64,000 bases of DNA. It comes from a virus. Numbering within the stretch: position 1 is the first letter of the stretch; every line of letters begins with the position of its first letter. Below the pieces are notes generated by a model, which was given only the letters and a program-made list of their open reading frames with translations, had not been told where the DNA came from and made no database searches. The stretch is taken from positions 29,765 to 93,764 of the IMG/VR virus record IMGVR_UViG_3300035703_000044; one strand, written 5' to 3'. Made by a program: the position numbers and the translations under genes. This document shows, one piece after another, positions 40,726 to 50,014 of the stretch.

Positions 40726-41522
40726 TGGATAAAAACAAGTCAACATATAAACTTAAAAACTTTGGTCCCATATACTATCTTAATCTTGACGGACAACCAG
40801 AAAGAAGAGAGTATATGGAGAACCAATTTAAGTATTGGGAAATTGAAAACTATACTCGCATTTCTGCATATGATGGTAGAGATGATGATTTGAGTGATAT
40901 TGTTAAGGGTAGATATCCTGAGATGATGACTTCTGGTGAGATTGGATGTGTAACTTCTCACCTTAAAGCCATTAAACATTGGTATGAAACATCTGATAGT
41001 CCTTATGCAGTCATCATGGAAGATGATTGTAATTTGGATTTAGTAAAGTATTGGAACTTCACTTGGGATGACTTCTACTGCAGAATCCCTTATGATTGGG
41101 ATGTTGTACAGATTGCAATTATCTGTACGGGCGATATTCATATCAAGATTCACAAAAGATTTGTCAATGAATTTTCCACTGCGTGTTACATCATCACAAG
41201 GCATCATGCAGAAAAACTTTTGAAACTTCATGTCCGTGGCGATAAGTATAAACTGGACAATGGTGTAAGACCCAGACCAGTTGCAGATGATTTAATCTAC
41301 AACGCTGGTAATACTTATAGTGTTCCTCTTCTTCTTTATAGAATTGAACTTGGATCTTCTATTCACCCAGAACACATTGATGCATTTCATCGTGGAAATT
41401 ATGATGGTCAAATGAACTTCTGGAGTCAAAAAGGTGCTCAATTGAGTGTTGAAGAACTAACTGACTATGATCCATACCTCGGAAGAGTAATTGAAAGTTC
41501 GGTAACTCCACCAAGTGCTTGA
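40725..41522 (+). CDS. GT25 glycosyltransferase
   Basis: YYLNL...ERR, GEIGC..SH, .EDD. Confidence 0.8.
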   Translation: MDKNKSTYKLKNFGPIYYLNLDGQPERREYMENQFKYWEIENYTRISAYDGRDDDLSDIVKGRYPEMMTSGEIGCVTSHLKAIKHWYETSDSPYAVIMEDDCNLDLVKYWNFTWDDFYCRIPYDWDVVQIAIICTGDIHIKIHKRFVNEFSTACYIITRHHAEKLLKLHVRGDKYKLDNGVRPRPVADDLIYNAGNTYSVPLLLYRIELGSSIHPEHIDAFHRGNYDGQMNFWSQKGAQLSVEELTDYDPYLGRVIESSVTPPSA

Positions 41523-41611
41523 CACACCTTCAGTGATCCCTTATACTAAATAAGTACTTAAGAATTCTGTTGTAATTCTTAATCTTTGTCCTATAGTACA
41601 AACAACAATCT

Positions 41612-43075
41612 ATGAAACTCAAACAACTGATGCTTGCACCTGTTGCTCTGGGAATGGTTACTCCTGCTGCGATTGCCGCAGATCTTAATATGAACGGAGT
41701 GAACCAATATTCTTCGGAACAGGTCACAAGTGTCACCCAATTCTCTGATGTGCAACCCACCGACTGGGCATATCAAGCACTCTCGCAACTTGTGGAACGT
41801 TATGGTTGCGTTGCTGGTTATCCTAACGGTACTTTCCGTGGTGGTCGTGCAATGACTCGTTATGAGGCCGCAGCACTTCTGAATGCTTGCCTGGATCGTG
41901 TGACTGAAGTTACCGACGAACTTAAGCGTCTTACCAAAGAGTTTGCTGCTGAACTGGCAGTTCTCAAAGGTCGTGTGGATGGTCTGGAAGCACAAGTTAC
42001 CGAACTGGAAGCAACTCAGTTCTCTACCACTACCAAACTGCGTGGTGAAGCAAACTTTGTGCTTGGTGGTGTTGACGATTACCAGACCAAAGGTGGTGAT
42101 GTAACTCATACTGCATTCAACTACGATCTGCGTCTGAACCTGGATACTTCGTTTACTGGTGCTGATCTTCTCCGCACTCGTCTGCGTTCTGCTAACTTCA
42201 GCAGCAATCCTTTCGGTTCCAGTTCTTCCATCTTCAAACTGGATAAGGCAGATAACACCTCCGGTGCAAATGGCAACAACGTTGTTATCGACCGTTTGTA
42301 TTACCAGTTCCCTGTGTTTAACGGTAGTACCACTCTGACTGCTGGTGCTCTTGTTCGTAACACTGAGATTGCCTGGATTCCTACCGCATATAAGTCGAAC
42401 ATTCTTGACTTCTTCCAAGTAGCAGGTGCTCCTGGTGTGTATAACAAGGCAGTTGGTTCTGGTTTCGGTATTCAGTATGGAAACAAAGGTCTTGTTGCTG
42501 GTGTAAACTATGTGGCACAGAATGGTGATGATAGTTCTACTGGTGAGTTTGATCGTTCTGGTGCTTTGAATACCCTTGCACAAATCGGTTATCGTGGTGA
42601 TAACTGGGGTGCTGCTTTCGGTTATCGTTATGGTACTGAAGGCACCCGTGTTCGCACTTACAATGGTCTGAAAGGTGCTTCTGGTACTCTGGTTCCTGGT
42701 CAAACCTCTAACGGTTATGCACTGAATGCTTACTGGCAGCCCACTCAATCTGGTTGGGTTCCTTCAATCTCAGCAGGTTACGGTTGGAACACTGTAAGTG
42801 GTACTCCTAGTGCTGCTACTAATAGTCAGTCCTGGTTTGCTGGTCTGACTTGGGAAGATGTATTTGTTGATGGTAACTCTGCTGGCGTTGCTATCGGTCA
42901 GGCACCTACTGGTGAGAACCTTGAGAAGTCTACCATGCTTGAGATCTTCTATAAGTATCAAGTCTCTGATAACATCAGTGTCACTCCTGCTATCATCTAC
43001 GGTAGTGACAACCAACGTCTTGTTGGCAACTCTTCCAATTGGGGCGGCGTGATCCAAACTACGTTCAAGTTCTGA
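41612..43075 (+). CDS. Cyanobacterial SLH-domain outer-membrane porin (Som/OprB-type)
   Basis: Signal peptide, FSDVQPTDWAYQAL..LVERYGC SLH domain, coiled coil, FSTTTKL.GE, terminal F. Confidence 0.92.
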   Translation: MKLKQLMLAPVALGMVTPAAIAADLNMNGVNQYSSEQVTSVTQFSDVQPTDWAYQALSQLVERYGCVAGYPNGTFRGGRAMTRYEAAALLNACLDRVTEVTDELKRLTKEFAAELAVLKGRVDGLEAQVTELEATQFSTTTKLRGEANFVLGGVDDYQTKGGDVTHTAFNYDLRLNLDTSFTGADLLRTRLRSANFSSNPFGSSSSIFKLDKADNTSGANGNNVVIDRLYYQFPVFNGSTTLTAGALVRNTEIAWIPTAYKSNILDFFQVAGAPGVYNKAVGSGFGIQYGNKGLVAGVNYVAQNGDDSSTGEFDRSGALNTLAQIGYRGDNWGAAFGYRYGTEGTRVRTYNGLKGASGTLVPGQTSNGYALNAYWQPTQSGWVPSISAGYGWNTVSGTPSAATNSQSWFAGLTWEDVFVDGNSAGVAIGQAPTGENLEKSTMLEIFYKYQVSDNISVTPAIIYGSDNQRLVGNSSNWGGVIQTTFKF

Positions 43076-43166
43076 TAAGTCAGAGAATCTAAACAAAACC
43101 TAAAGAGGGTCTTGACAGACCCTCTTTTTTCATATATACTGTTGTTGTAAATCTTTACAAAAGATA

Positions 43167-43376
43167 ATGACTGTTACAAAAAATGAGTTTGGGCAAATGA
43201 ATATGTTTGCTAAAGAACCTTCGATGTATATGACCAAGGAAGACCTTGAACGTTATGGTATCGAACCTTATGCTGAAAAGGCGGAGAAAATGAATGGACG
43301 TTGGGCTATGGTCGGTATTGTTGCTGGGGTTATTTCTTATGCTCTCACTGGTAAACTCTTCTTCGGCGTCTTCTGA
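43167..43376 (+). CDS. hli: High-light-inducible protein
   Basis: AEKMNGRWAMVG motif. Confidence 0.88.
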   Translation: MTVTKNEFGQMNMFAKEPSMYMTKEDLERYGIEPYAEKAEKMNGRWAMVGIVAGVISYALTGKLFFGVF

Positions 43377-43462
43377 TGACTGAACTTATTTTTACCGTAA
43401 CAACTATTGCTTTTTTCGTAATTCTGGGTTATGCTGTAAATCAACTCTCTGAGACTTATTGA
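43376..43462 (+). CDS. Small membrane peptide (28 aa, not in track)
   Basis: TGATG-coupled to hli; MTELIFTVTTIAFFVILGYAVNQLSETY. Confidence 0.45.
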   Translation: MTELIFTVTTIAFFVILGYAVNQLSETY

Positions 43463-43773
43463 TGATTGGGAATCTTGAACCCGAAGAAAACGTTATGAAT
43501 ACTGGTGGTATGTTAGGGCAGTTTGCAATTGCTCTTGAAACACTTGGATGGGACAAAGATGATGACATCTCAGTTGAAATTGGTGGCGTAGCAGTCACAG
43601 GAACTGTTACTAGTCCAACAGCAAACCCAAAATGGGCAAAACCATTTGGAACAGTCACTTATCAAAATGATGCTTTCATCGTAATTAAAAACAAGTCAAG
43701 GAATCCAGTTGTTCCTTCACAATCAAATCCTGAACTTAAACAAAAACATTCTTATCAAGGAGAAAAACAATGA
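43459..43773 (+). CDS. Hypothetical protein
   Basis: Coupled ORF; NPKWAKPFGTV. Confidence 0.55.
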   Translation: MMIGNLEPEENVMNTGGMLGQFAIALETLGWDKDDDISVEIGGVAVTGTVTSPTANPKWAKPFGTVTYQNDAFIVIKNKSRNPVVPSQSNPELKQKHSYQGEKQ

Positions 43774-43877
43774 ATGAAAGAGCTGAGCGTATTAATGGTT
43801 GGGCAGCAATGATTGGTATTGTTGCCGCAATGGGTTCTTATGCCCTGACTGGGCAGATTATTCCGGGTATTTGGTGA
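43770..43877 (+). CDS. hli: Second high-light-inducible protein (35 aa, not in track)
   Basis: AGGAG RBS; MNERAERINGWAAMIGIVAAMGSYALTGQIIPGIW. Confidence 0.88.
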   Translation: MNERAERINGWAAMIGIVAAMGSYALTGQIIPGIW

Positions 43878-43888
43878 TGGAGGTTACT

Positions 43889-44416
43889 ATGCGTAAAGAA
43901 CAGTATGAAGTTCCCCAAGTACAATTTGTATTTCGTGAGAATGGAGAGTTTGTGATTCGTACTACTTCAGAACTTTTCGATAAAAAACGTGTGGTCATTT
44001 TTAGCCTGCCTGGTGCTTTCACTCCTACTTGCAGTGCCTATCAGTTACCTGGATTTGAAGAGAAATACGAAGACTTTATTGGTAGTGGCATCGACGCTAT
44101 TTACTGCATCTCTGTTAATGATGGGTTTGTGATGAATGCCTGGGCACAAGACCAAAACATCAAGAATGTCCAACTCATTCCTGATGGTAATGCATACTTT
44201 ACACGTTCTATGGGACAACTTGTGATGAAGTCTAATCTTGGTTTTGGTGAACGTTCCTGGAGATATGCTGCAGTTGTAGATAAGGGTATTATCGAAAAAC
44301 TTTTTGAAGAACCTGGTAAATCGGATAATGCATCTGATGATCCTTATGGAGAAACAACTCCAGAAAAAGTTTTGGAGTATGTGAAATCTACAGCACGCGA
44401 AACAGTTGCTGCTTGA
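43889..44416 (+). CDS. Prx5-type peroxiredoxin
   Basis: PGAFTPTCS, SVND.FVM.AW, RSWRY; GGAGG RBS. Confidence 0.9.
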   Translation: MRKEQYEVPQVQFVFRENGEFVIRTTSELFDKKRVVIFSLPGAFTPTCSAYQLPGFEEKYEDFIGSGIDAIYCISVNDGFVMNAWAQDQNIKNVQLIPDGNAYFTRSMGQLVMKSNLGFGERSWRYAAVVDKGIIEKLFEEPGKSDNASDDPYGETTPEKVLEYVKSTARETVAA

Positions 44417-44476
44417 TTGGTGGAGGGATAAAACCCTCCTTTTTTCATAAATATATCGCAGGGTTTGGATGCAATA

Positions 44477-45175
44477 ATGTTCATAGATCTTCATAACTTT
44501 TTCAAGTTTTACGACGAGAAAAATCCAAAGCACGTTGCTGCAGTTGAACAACTTGAAAAAGATTTGCAATTGAAGTCTCAGGATCTGTTGGAAGATGAAT
44601 CAAATTGGGTAAGAATCTATAGAACTAAACAAGACAAACCTCAATCATCAATTTTACCCGTTCCTTTCTATCCACAAACAGACAACTATAGGGATGCAAA
44701 TAGAACTTGTAACTCTTCTGCTTGTGCAATGTGCCTTGAGTATTTCAAACCTGGTACACTAAAAGGACCTAAGGGCGATGACGCCTATGTACAAAAAGTT
44801 TTCTCAATCGGTGACACAACTGATCACTTGGTTCAGACCAAGGTTCTTGCGTCATACGGCATTAAATCCAGTTTTTCCTACAGTCTTACTTTTGCTGATC
44901 TTGATAGAGAGCTTGCCTCTGGTAGACCTGTTGTTATTGGTATTCTTCATCGCGGTCCTCTATCTAACCCCACAGGAGGGCACATGGTAGTAGTGATCGG
45001 CAAAACTCCATCTGGCGATTATGTTGTCAATGATCCATATGGTTCATTGAATGATGGGTACACTGGTTCAGTTAATAATGGAAAGGGTGCTGTTTATAAG
45101 AGAAGTGATCTATCTCGCAGATGGGTGCCAAAAGGAAATGATGGTTGGGGTAGAATCTTTGATGCAAAAAAGTAG
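44477..45175 (+). CDS. C39-like cysteine peptidase (endolysin N-terminal part)
   Basis: Q..N...C (YPQTDN...TCNSS), GHMVVVIG, NDPYG; CATAAATA late promoter upstream. Confidence 0.78.
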   Translation: MFIDLHNFFKFYDEKNPKHVAAVEQLEKDLQLKSQDLLEDESNWVRIYRTKQDKPQSSILPVPFYPQTDNYRDANRTCNSSACAMCLEYFKPGTLKGPKGDDAYVQKVFSIGDTTDHLVQTKVLASYGIKSSFSYSLTFADLDRELASGRPVVIGILHRGPLSNPTGGHMVVVIGKTPSGDYVVNDPYGSLNDGYTGSVNNGKGAVYKRSDLSRRWVPKGNDGWGRIFDAKK

Positions 45176-45207
45176 AAACGCCAACTAATAATATTTCTTT
45201 AGTTGGC
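45166..45207 (+). other. Putative -1 programmed frameshift signal
   Basis: A_AAA_AAG just before TAG, 7-nt spacer, 9-bp stem GCCAACTAA/TTAGTTGGC. Confidence 0.75.
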
Positions 45208-45213
45208 ATTGAT

Positions 45214-45651
45214 TTGATAAAAGAGTTTGAAGGGTGTCATCTAAATGCTTATCCTGACCCATTGACTGGCAAAGAACCAATAACTATTGGTTGGGGAAGT
45301 ACTAAGGATTTCAATGGACAACCATTTAGACTTGGTAAAAGAATTACTCAAGAGTATGCTGATAAACTTTTGATTTTTGATATCGAACAAAGATTTATTC
45401 CTTCTCTACAAAAAATACCTTATTGGGGTGAGATGAATGACAACCAAAGAGGGGCTTTACTTTCTTTTGCTTATAATCTTGGTGCAGGTTTTTATGGTGG
45501 TAGCAACTTCAATACTATTACGAGGGTCTTGAAGAACAAGGAATGGGACAAAGTTCCTGATGCTCTTTATCTTTATCGTAATCCAGGAACTAAAGTAGAA
45601 ACAGGTCTTGCTCGTAGACGGAAGGCAGAAGGAAAACTTTGGTCTTCTTAA
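45214..45651 (+). CDS. GH24 lysozyme domain, probably translated as a frameshift fusion
   Basis: FEG...AY.D....TIGWG, AL.SFAYN.G, GL.RRR.AE; only a TTG start, no RBS. Confidence 0.85.
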   Translation: MIKEFEGCHLNAYPDPLTGKEPITIGWGSTKDFNGQPFRLGKRITQEYADKLLIFDIEQRFIPSLQKIPYWGEMNDNQRGALLSFAYNLGAGFYGGSNFNTITRVLKNKEWDKVPDALYLYRNPGTKVETGLARRRKAEGKLWSS

Positions 45652-45974
45652 TCTTCTACTCTTGTTCTTAATGCAATTACTGTAGTTAGAATAGTCAATA
45701 AAGTTTCAAATCCTCTTCTTTCAGATTCTTTGCAATCTAAAGGGGGAGGATTTTTTAGTCCACCTAAAAGGTTTGCATGATTTGTTGTACCTGGAATCAT
45801 AAAGTTGCAAGCAATAAAGTTTAATCCAACAAACCCAATTATAGATGCACAGATAATAAAGATCAGTTTATTCAATAAAGAACCGTGTTTTTTTCCTACC
45901 GCGTTTTGCTGGTCTTCGGATGAATCTGATGACTTCTGTTGGTTGTCTTTTTGGTTGTGGTCTTCTTCCTTCAT
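45648..45974 (-). CDS. Hypothetical membrane protein
   Basis: Two hydrophobic segments; convergent with lysozyme. Confidence 0.5.
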   Translation of the reverse strand: MKEEDHNQKDNQQKSSDSSEDQQNAVGKKHGSLLNKLIFIICASIIGFVGLNFIACNFMIPGTTNHANLLGGLKNPPPLDCKESERRGFETLLTILTTVIALRTRVED

Positions 45975-46034
45975 TGAATATTCCCTCGTTGGTAATTAGT
46001 CTCATCACTAATAATCCAAGGAGAAGTGTAGATT

Positions 46035-46226
46035 TCATCTTCCTTCTTGATTATGAATCCAGGTTTTTAATTCTGTCAGATATTTTCTTAACATATCTGC
46101 TTTTTCTAAATGCCATTTGTCACCACTCTTGAAATATTCTTGAGTGTGATTATCTATTGCTTTGAGTGTATTATGTATTGGTGCGTTCCAAGGTTCCCTA
46201 ATGGGAGTGTTCCATTCCCGTGGCAT
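46035..46226 (-). CDS. Hypothetical protein
   Basis: REPWNAPIH..LKAID.H; minus-strand CATAAATA near 46250. Confidence 0.55.
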   Translation of the reverse strand: MPREWNTPIREPWNAPIHNTLKAIDNHTQEYFKSGDKWHLEKADMLRKYLTELKTWIHNQEGR

Positions 46227-46260
46227 CTGGGTGGGAAAGCAGTTTTAAGTATTTATGGTC

Positions 46261-46289
46261 TTGACAGGGTTTCAAAACAATGTTATGAT
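46261..46289 (+). promoter_or_regulatory. Sigma70-type psbA promoter
   Basis: TTGACA-17-TATGAT. Confidence 0.7.
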
Positions 46290-46334
46290 AAATACATCAA
46301 CACGTTAAGGAATGTTACAGTTCTTTAATGTTTG

Positions 46335-46445
46335 CAACTCCCGTTAACCGAGACCTATGGGAGTATAAGAACGTCTCTCATATCCCCGCTGAGGGTGCGG
46401 GGAGCATAGTAACTCCACCATTTCCCTGATGGTCTTACTAACTGT
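46335..46445 (+). ncRNA. PhotoRC-II-like psbA leader RNA
   Basis: Stems ACTCCC/GGGAGT, GAGAC/GTCTC, CCCCGC/GCGGGG, ACCAT/ATGGT upstream of a phage psbA. Confidence 0.7.
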
Positions 46446-46453
46446 CTAAAAAA

Positions 46454-47533
46454 ATGACTGCTACAATTTCACAACAACGACAATCGAATACTTGGGAACA
46501 GTTTTGCAACTGGGTTACTTCTACCGATAATCGTCTTTATGTCGGTTGGTTCGGAGTCTTGATGATTCCTTGTCTGCTTGCTGCTACGACTTGTTTCATC
46601 ATCGCCTTCATCGGTGCTCCCCCTGTGGACATTGATGGAATTCGTGAACCTGTTTCTGGTTCTCTTATGTGGGGTAACAACATCATCTCTGGTGCTGTTG
46701 TTCCTTCGTCTAATGCTATTGGACTGCACTTTTACCCCATCTGGGAAGCTGCCTCTCTTGATGAGTGGCTATATAATGGTGGACCTTTCCAACTGGTCGT
46801 CTTCCATTTTCTGATTGGTATCTATGCTTACATGGGCCGCGAATGGGAACTTTCTTACCGACTCGGTATGCGTCCTTGGATTTGTGTTGCCTACTCTGCA
46901 CCCGTTGCTGCTGCTAGCGCAGTTTTTCTGGTCTATCCCTTCGGTCAAGGATCCTTCTCTGATGCGATGCCTCTGGGGATTTCGGGAACTTTCAACTACA
47001 TGCTTGTTTTCCAGGCAGAACACAACATTCTCATGCATCCTTTCCACATGTTGGGAGTTGCTGGTGTCTTCGGTGGTTCTCTTTTCTCTGCTATGCATGG
47101 ATCTCTTGTCACCTCTTCTCTCGTCCGTGAGACGACAGAGAATGAGTCACAGAACTATGGATACAAGTTCGGACAAGAAGAAGAGACCTACAACATTGTA
47201 GCTGCTCATGGTTACTTTGGTCGTCTGATCTTCCAATACGCATCGTTCAACAACTCACGTTCATTGCACTTCTTCCTTGCTGCGTGGCCTGTAGTTGGTA
47301 TCTGGTTTGCTGCCTTGGGCGTTTCAACAATGGCGTTCAACCTCAACGGATTCAACTTCAACCAGTCTCTTCTTGATAGTCAGCACCGTGTCATCAACAC
47401 TTGGGCAGACATCCTCAACCGTGCTAACCTCGGTTTTGAGGTGATGCACGAGCGCAATGCTCACAACTTCCCTCTCGATCTTGCATCAGTTGAAGCAACT
47501 CCTGTTGCCTTGACTGCTCCAACTATCGGTTGA
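46454..47533 (+). CDS. psbA: Photosystem II D1 protein
   Basis: [30 protein letters not shown]; no intron. Confidence 0.99.
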   Translation: MTATISQQRQSNTWEQFCNWVTSTDNRLYVGWFGVLMIPCLLAATTCFIIAFIGAPPVDIDGIREPVSGSLMWGNNIISGAVVPSSNAIGLHFYPIWEAASLDEWLYNGGPFQLVVFHFLIGIYAYMGREWELSYRLGMRPWICVAYSAPVAAASAVFLVYPFGQGSFSDAMPLGISGTFNYMLVFQAEHNILMHPFHMLGVAGVFGGSLFSAMHGSLVTSSLVRETTENESQNYGYKFGQEEETYNIVAAHGYFGRLIFQYASFNNSRSLHFFLAAWPVVGIWFAALGVSTMAFNLNGFNFNQSLLDSQHRVINTWADILNRANLGFEVMHERNAHNFPLDLASVEATPVALTAPTIG

Positions 47534-47681
47534 CATCTTAGTTAAAACTAGATAAAGTAGGAGGGGAAACCCTCCTTTTTTAATGATTAGTTCCGAGACA
47601 CCTTATAAACTTGCTGAGATTATCAGAGATACTTGGCCTCAGTTATACACACTAAATAATTTTCAAAACTTAACAAATGTT

Positions 47682-47918
47682 ATGAAGTTTACAGTTTATT
47701 CAAAAGATGGTTGTCCATATTGCACAAAAGTAGAACAGGTGTTACAATTAGCAGACCTACAACATGTAGTATACAAATTGAATACCGACTTTACTAAAGA
47801 AGAATTCTATGCAGAATTTGGTGAGGGTTCTACATTTCCTCAAGTAATTGTAAATGATCAACACATCGGTGGATGCACCGATACGGTGAAGTATCTAAAG
47901 GAGCAAAACTTAGTTTAA
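47682..47918 (+). CDS. nrdC: Glutaredoxin
   Basis: CPYC, TFPQV, IGG. Confidence 0.9.
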   Translation: MKFTVYSKDGCPYCTKVEQVLQLADLQHVVYKLNTDFTKEEFYAEFGEGSTFPQVIVNDQHIGGCTDTVKYLKEQNLV

Positions 47919-48277
47919 TGGAAACTAATTTTCACGAAGTCTACAACGATGTTGAGAAGGCAATTGATTATGCATTTCAGGGTAAGTTTGTTCTGAAATT
48001 TTATGATTACCTTAAAGTAAAAGGTGTTAGGAAGTTTGAAGTAGAAGAGTTTATTGAAAGTTCAACTGCATCAAACATTAATAATGTTGTCATGGATTTA
48101 GATGACTATCTTGAAGGTGGTGCTGACGAGATGCATAAACAACTTCGTGAAGCTTATGGTCATATATCAAAACCAGAAGCAAGAAAAATAAGAAACTATT
48201 TGTATGGCATCTTAGAAGATGCATGGAAGTATAACCATGACAAAAGAAAGGGGAGACGCAAAAAAGAAACTAAATAA
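47918..48277 (+). CDS. Conserved cyanophage hypothetical protein
   Basis: YLEGG...HKQLREAYGH. Confidence 0.65.
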   Translation: METNFHEVYNDVEKAIDYAFQGKFVLKFYDYLKVKGVRKFEVEEFIESSTASNINNVVMDLDDYLEGGADEMHKQLREAYGHISKPEARKIRNYLYGILEDAWKYNHDKRKGRRKKETK

Positions 48278-48443
48278 CTCTGAACCCGAAATCAATCGGG
48301 GTGTGGAATTATTGTTAAGAACAAGGAGGAAGAAATCTGAAAAGCCAAAAACATTTCAAATGAGATTTGGTAAAATGATTTCTCTCCTTAAAAGAGAGAT
48401 ACACATACTATTCGAATTTCATTTGGACATTCGGAAAAAGTAA
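48237..48443 (+). CDS. Hypothetical protein
   Basis: INRGVELLLR segment. Confidence 0.5.
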   Translation: MTKERGDAKKKLNNSEPEINRGVELLLRTRRKKSEKPKTFQMRFGKMISLLKREIHILFEFHLDIRKK

Positions 48444-48459
48444 CTCTCGGAGAAAAAAA

Positions 48460-48687
48460 ATGTTAGCAGTAACTCTGACCATCGGTACTCTTGTTTCAGT
48501 GATGTTCTTTTTTGTTGGTGGAGTAATAGGATGGATGGCAAAGCAACATTTCTATGAGAGCTCATATCCCTCTTATACACACCCAGAAATGTTTGATCAA
48601 CATGGGAATGTAATTCCTGACGAAATTTTAGCAGTGAGATTTGAAAATGACTACGAATACGACGACGAAGAAGAGGACGACGACTAG
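48460..48687 (+). CDS. Membrane-anchored hypothetical protein
   Basis: N-terminal TM helix, HPEMFD..GN. Confidence 0.6.
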   Translation: MLAVTLTIGTLVSVMFFFVGGVIGWMAKQHFYESSYPSYTHPEMFDQHGNVIPDEILAVRFENDYEYDDEEEDDD

Positions 48688-49177
48688 AACTAAAAAACCT
48701 GCAGTCAGTTCTACTCAACCAAAAGAAATTAAAAAACTTCCACCAAATCCTTTTATGAATGAGATTCTCGATCTCGTTCATGAACAAGATTCTGAAGAAG
48801 ATAAGATTAAAGTTCTACAAACATATGAGAATGATGCACTGAAGACTCTTCTTATTTGGAACTTTGATGAGAGTATTATTTCCCTACTTCCTCAGGGTGA
48901 AGTTCCCTATCAACCCAATGAAAGTCCTTTGGGAGTAGAACATTCTTCTTTACGTAGAGACTACAAGAATCTTTATAACTTTGTAAAAGGTGGTAATGAT
49001 TCACTCTCCAAGATTCGTAGAGAAACAATCTTTATTCAGATTCTTGAGTCTCTTCATCCAAATGAAGCTGAAGTTCTAATTCTTGTAAAGGATAAGAAAC
49101 TTTCAGATAAATACGATATCACTCTTGATGTTGTACAAAAAGCATATCCTGATATTCGATGGGGTAATCGTTCGTGA
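48647..49177 (+). CDS. Conserved T4-like hypothetical protein
   Basis: LP.GEVPY, RE..FIQ.LE.LHP.EA. Confidence 0.65.
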   Translation: MTTNTTTKKRTTTRTKKPAVSSTQPKEIKKLPPNPFMNEILDLVHEQDSEEDKIKVLQTYENDALKTLLIWNFDESIISLLPQGEVPYQPNESPLGVEHSSLRRDYKNLYNFVKGGNDSLSKIRRETIFIQILESLHPNEAEVLILVKDKKLSDKYDITLDVVQKAYPDIRWGNRS

Positions 49178-49506
49178 GTGTAGTTGCGGAGAGAAAAATG
49201 GCAGATTCAAAAAAAGTAAACACAAGATATCTGCCTCATGAGTATGGATGTGAGATTCTCTTTGAAAGAGCAACTATGATTCAAGCAAAAGATTCATCAC
49301 TTCCAAATGATGCATACCTTATTTGGTATGACGTGGATGGTGAAACCTTCATGGATGTAACTCGTTGTAGAAAGAGAGTTGACTTATTTGATTTTTATTA
49401 TGATAAGTATGGTCCAGGATCAGTTCGTAAGATTGATTTTGGATATGGAAGAGTAAACCCAAAACTGTGGGGATATAAAGCACCAGAGAAAAAGAAAAAG
49501 AGATGA
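49174..49506 (+). CDS. Hypothetical protein
   Basis: GTGA-coupled; FD.YYDKYG. Confidence 0.6.
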   Translation: MSVVAERKMADSKKVNTRYLPHEYGCEILFERATMIQAKDSSLPNDAYLIWYDVDGETFMDVTRCRKRVDLFDFYYDKYGPGSVRKIDFGYGRVNPKLWGYKAPEKKKKR

Positions 49507-49685
49507 GTGAAGGTTTTAGTGAAGAGAAGATTGATGTTGCCATCAATAAAGATGAAGTAAAAAATCTTCTCAAAAAATATAAGAAAATAAAAAAATATAT
49601 GAGGTCTCCTTTGTTTACTGTCAAGGAAATGGATGGAACCGAAAAACTTGTCAGTGACTTGTTAAAGGAAGTTGAGAATGGGTAA
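49503..49685 (+). CDS. Hypothetical protein
   Basis: ATGA-coupled. Confidence 0.55.
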   Translation: MSEGFSEEKIDVAINKDEVKNLLKKYKKIKKYMRSPLFTVKEMDGTEKLVSDLLKEVENG

Positions 49686-50004
49686 GCATTATCTCTTGAA
49701 TCTTTATGGATGTTCATTTGTTCTTTTGGATGATGAACGTGTTCTTATTGACTTATTAGAAAGTGCTGCCATTGCAAGTGGCGCCACTGTGGTTCAGACT
49801 ATTTCAAAAAAGTTTGAACCACAAGGAGTCACTGTAATCTGTTTATTGTCGGAAAGTCATATTAGTATTCACACTTGGCCTGAGGAGGGTAAGGCTGCAG
49901 TGGATGTTTATACTTGTGGCGATTGTAATCCAAAGATTGGATGTGACATGATTATTCATCAACTCTATGCTCAGGATCATACCCTGAGTTATATTGAACG
50001 GTAA
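49678..50004 (+). CDS. speD: S-adenosylmethionine decarboxylase proenzyme
   Basis: F.PQGVT...LSESHISIHTWPE...DVYTCG. Confidence 0.93.
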   Translation: MGKHYLLNLYGCSFVLLDDERVLIDLLESAAIASGATVVQTISKKFEPQGVTVICLLSESHISIHTWPEEGKAAVDVYTCGDCNPKIGCDMIIHQLYAQDHTLSYIER

Positions 50005-50014
50005 CAAAAAATAC
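50001..50014 (+). promoter_or_regulatory. NtcA-type box GTA-N8-TAC
   Basis: GTAACAAAAAATAC about 25 nt upstream of the glutamine riboswitch. Confidence 0.65.

Noticed and set aside
41555-41590. Pho box upstream of the porin
   Set aside because: CTTAA half-sites are 21 nt apart, not on the 11-nt period
41591-42748. 385-aa antisense ORF opposite the porin
   Set aside because: Mirrors the porin codons; explained by strong codon bias, with no RBS or recognisable motif
46454-47533. Group I intron or intein in psbA (also looked at gp43, nrdA, nrdB, thyX)
   Set aside because: All are continuous ORFs of normal length
47583-47681. 33-aa in-frame N-terminal extension of glutaredoxin
   Set aside because: Probably a separate small ORF that happens to be in frame; CTAAATA at about 47652 favours the start at 47682
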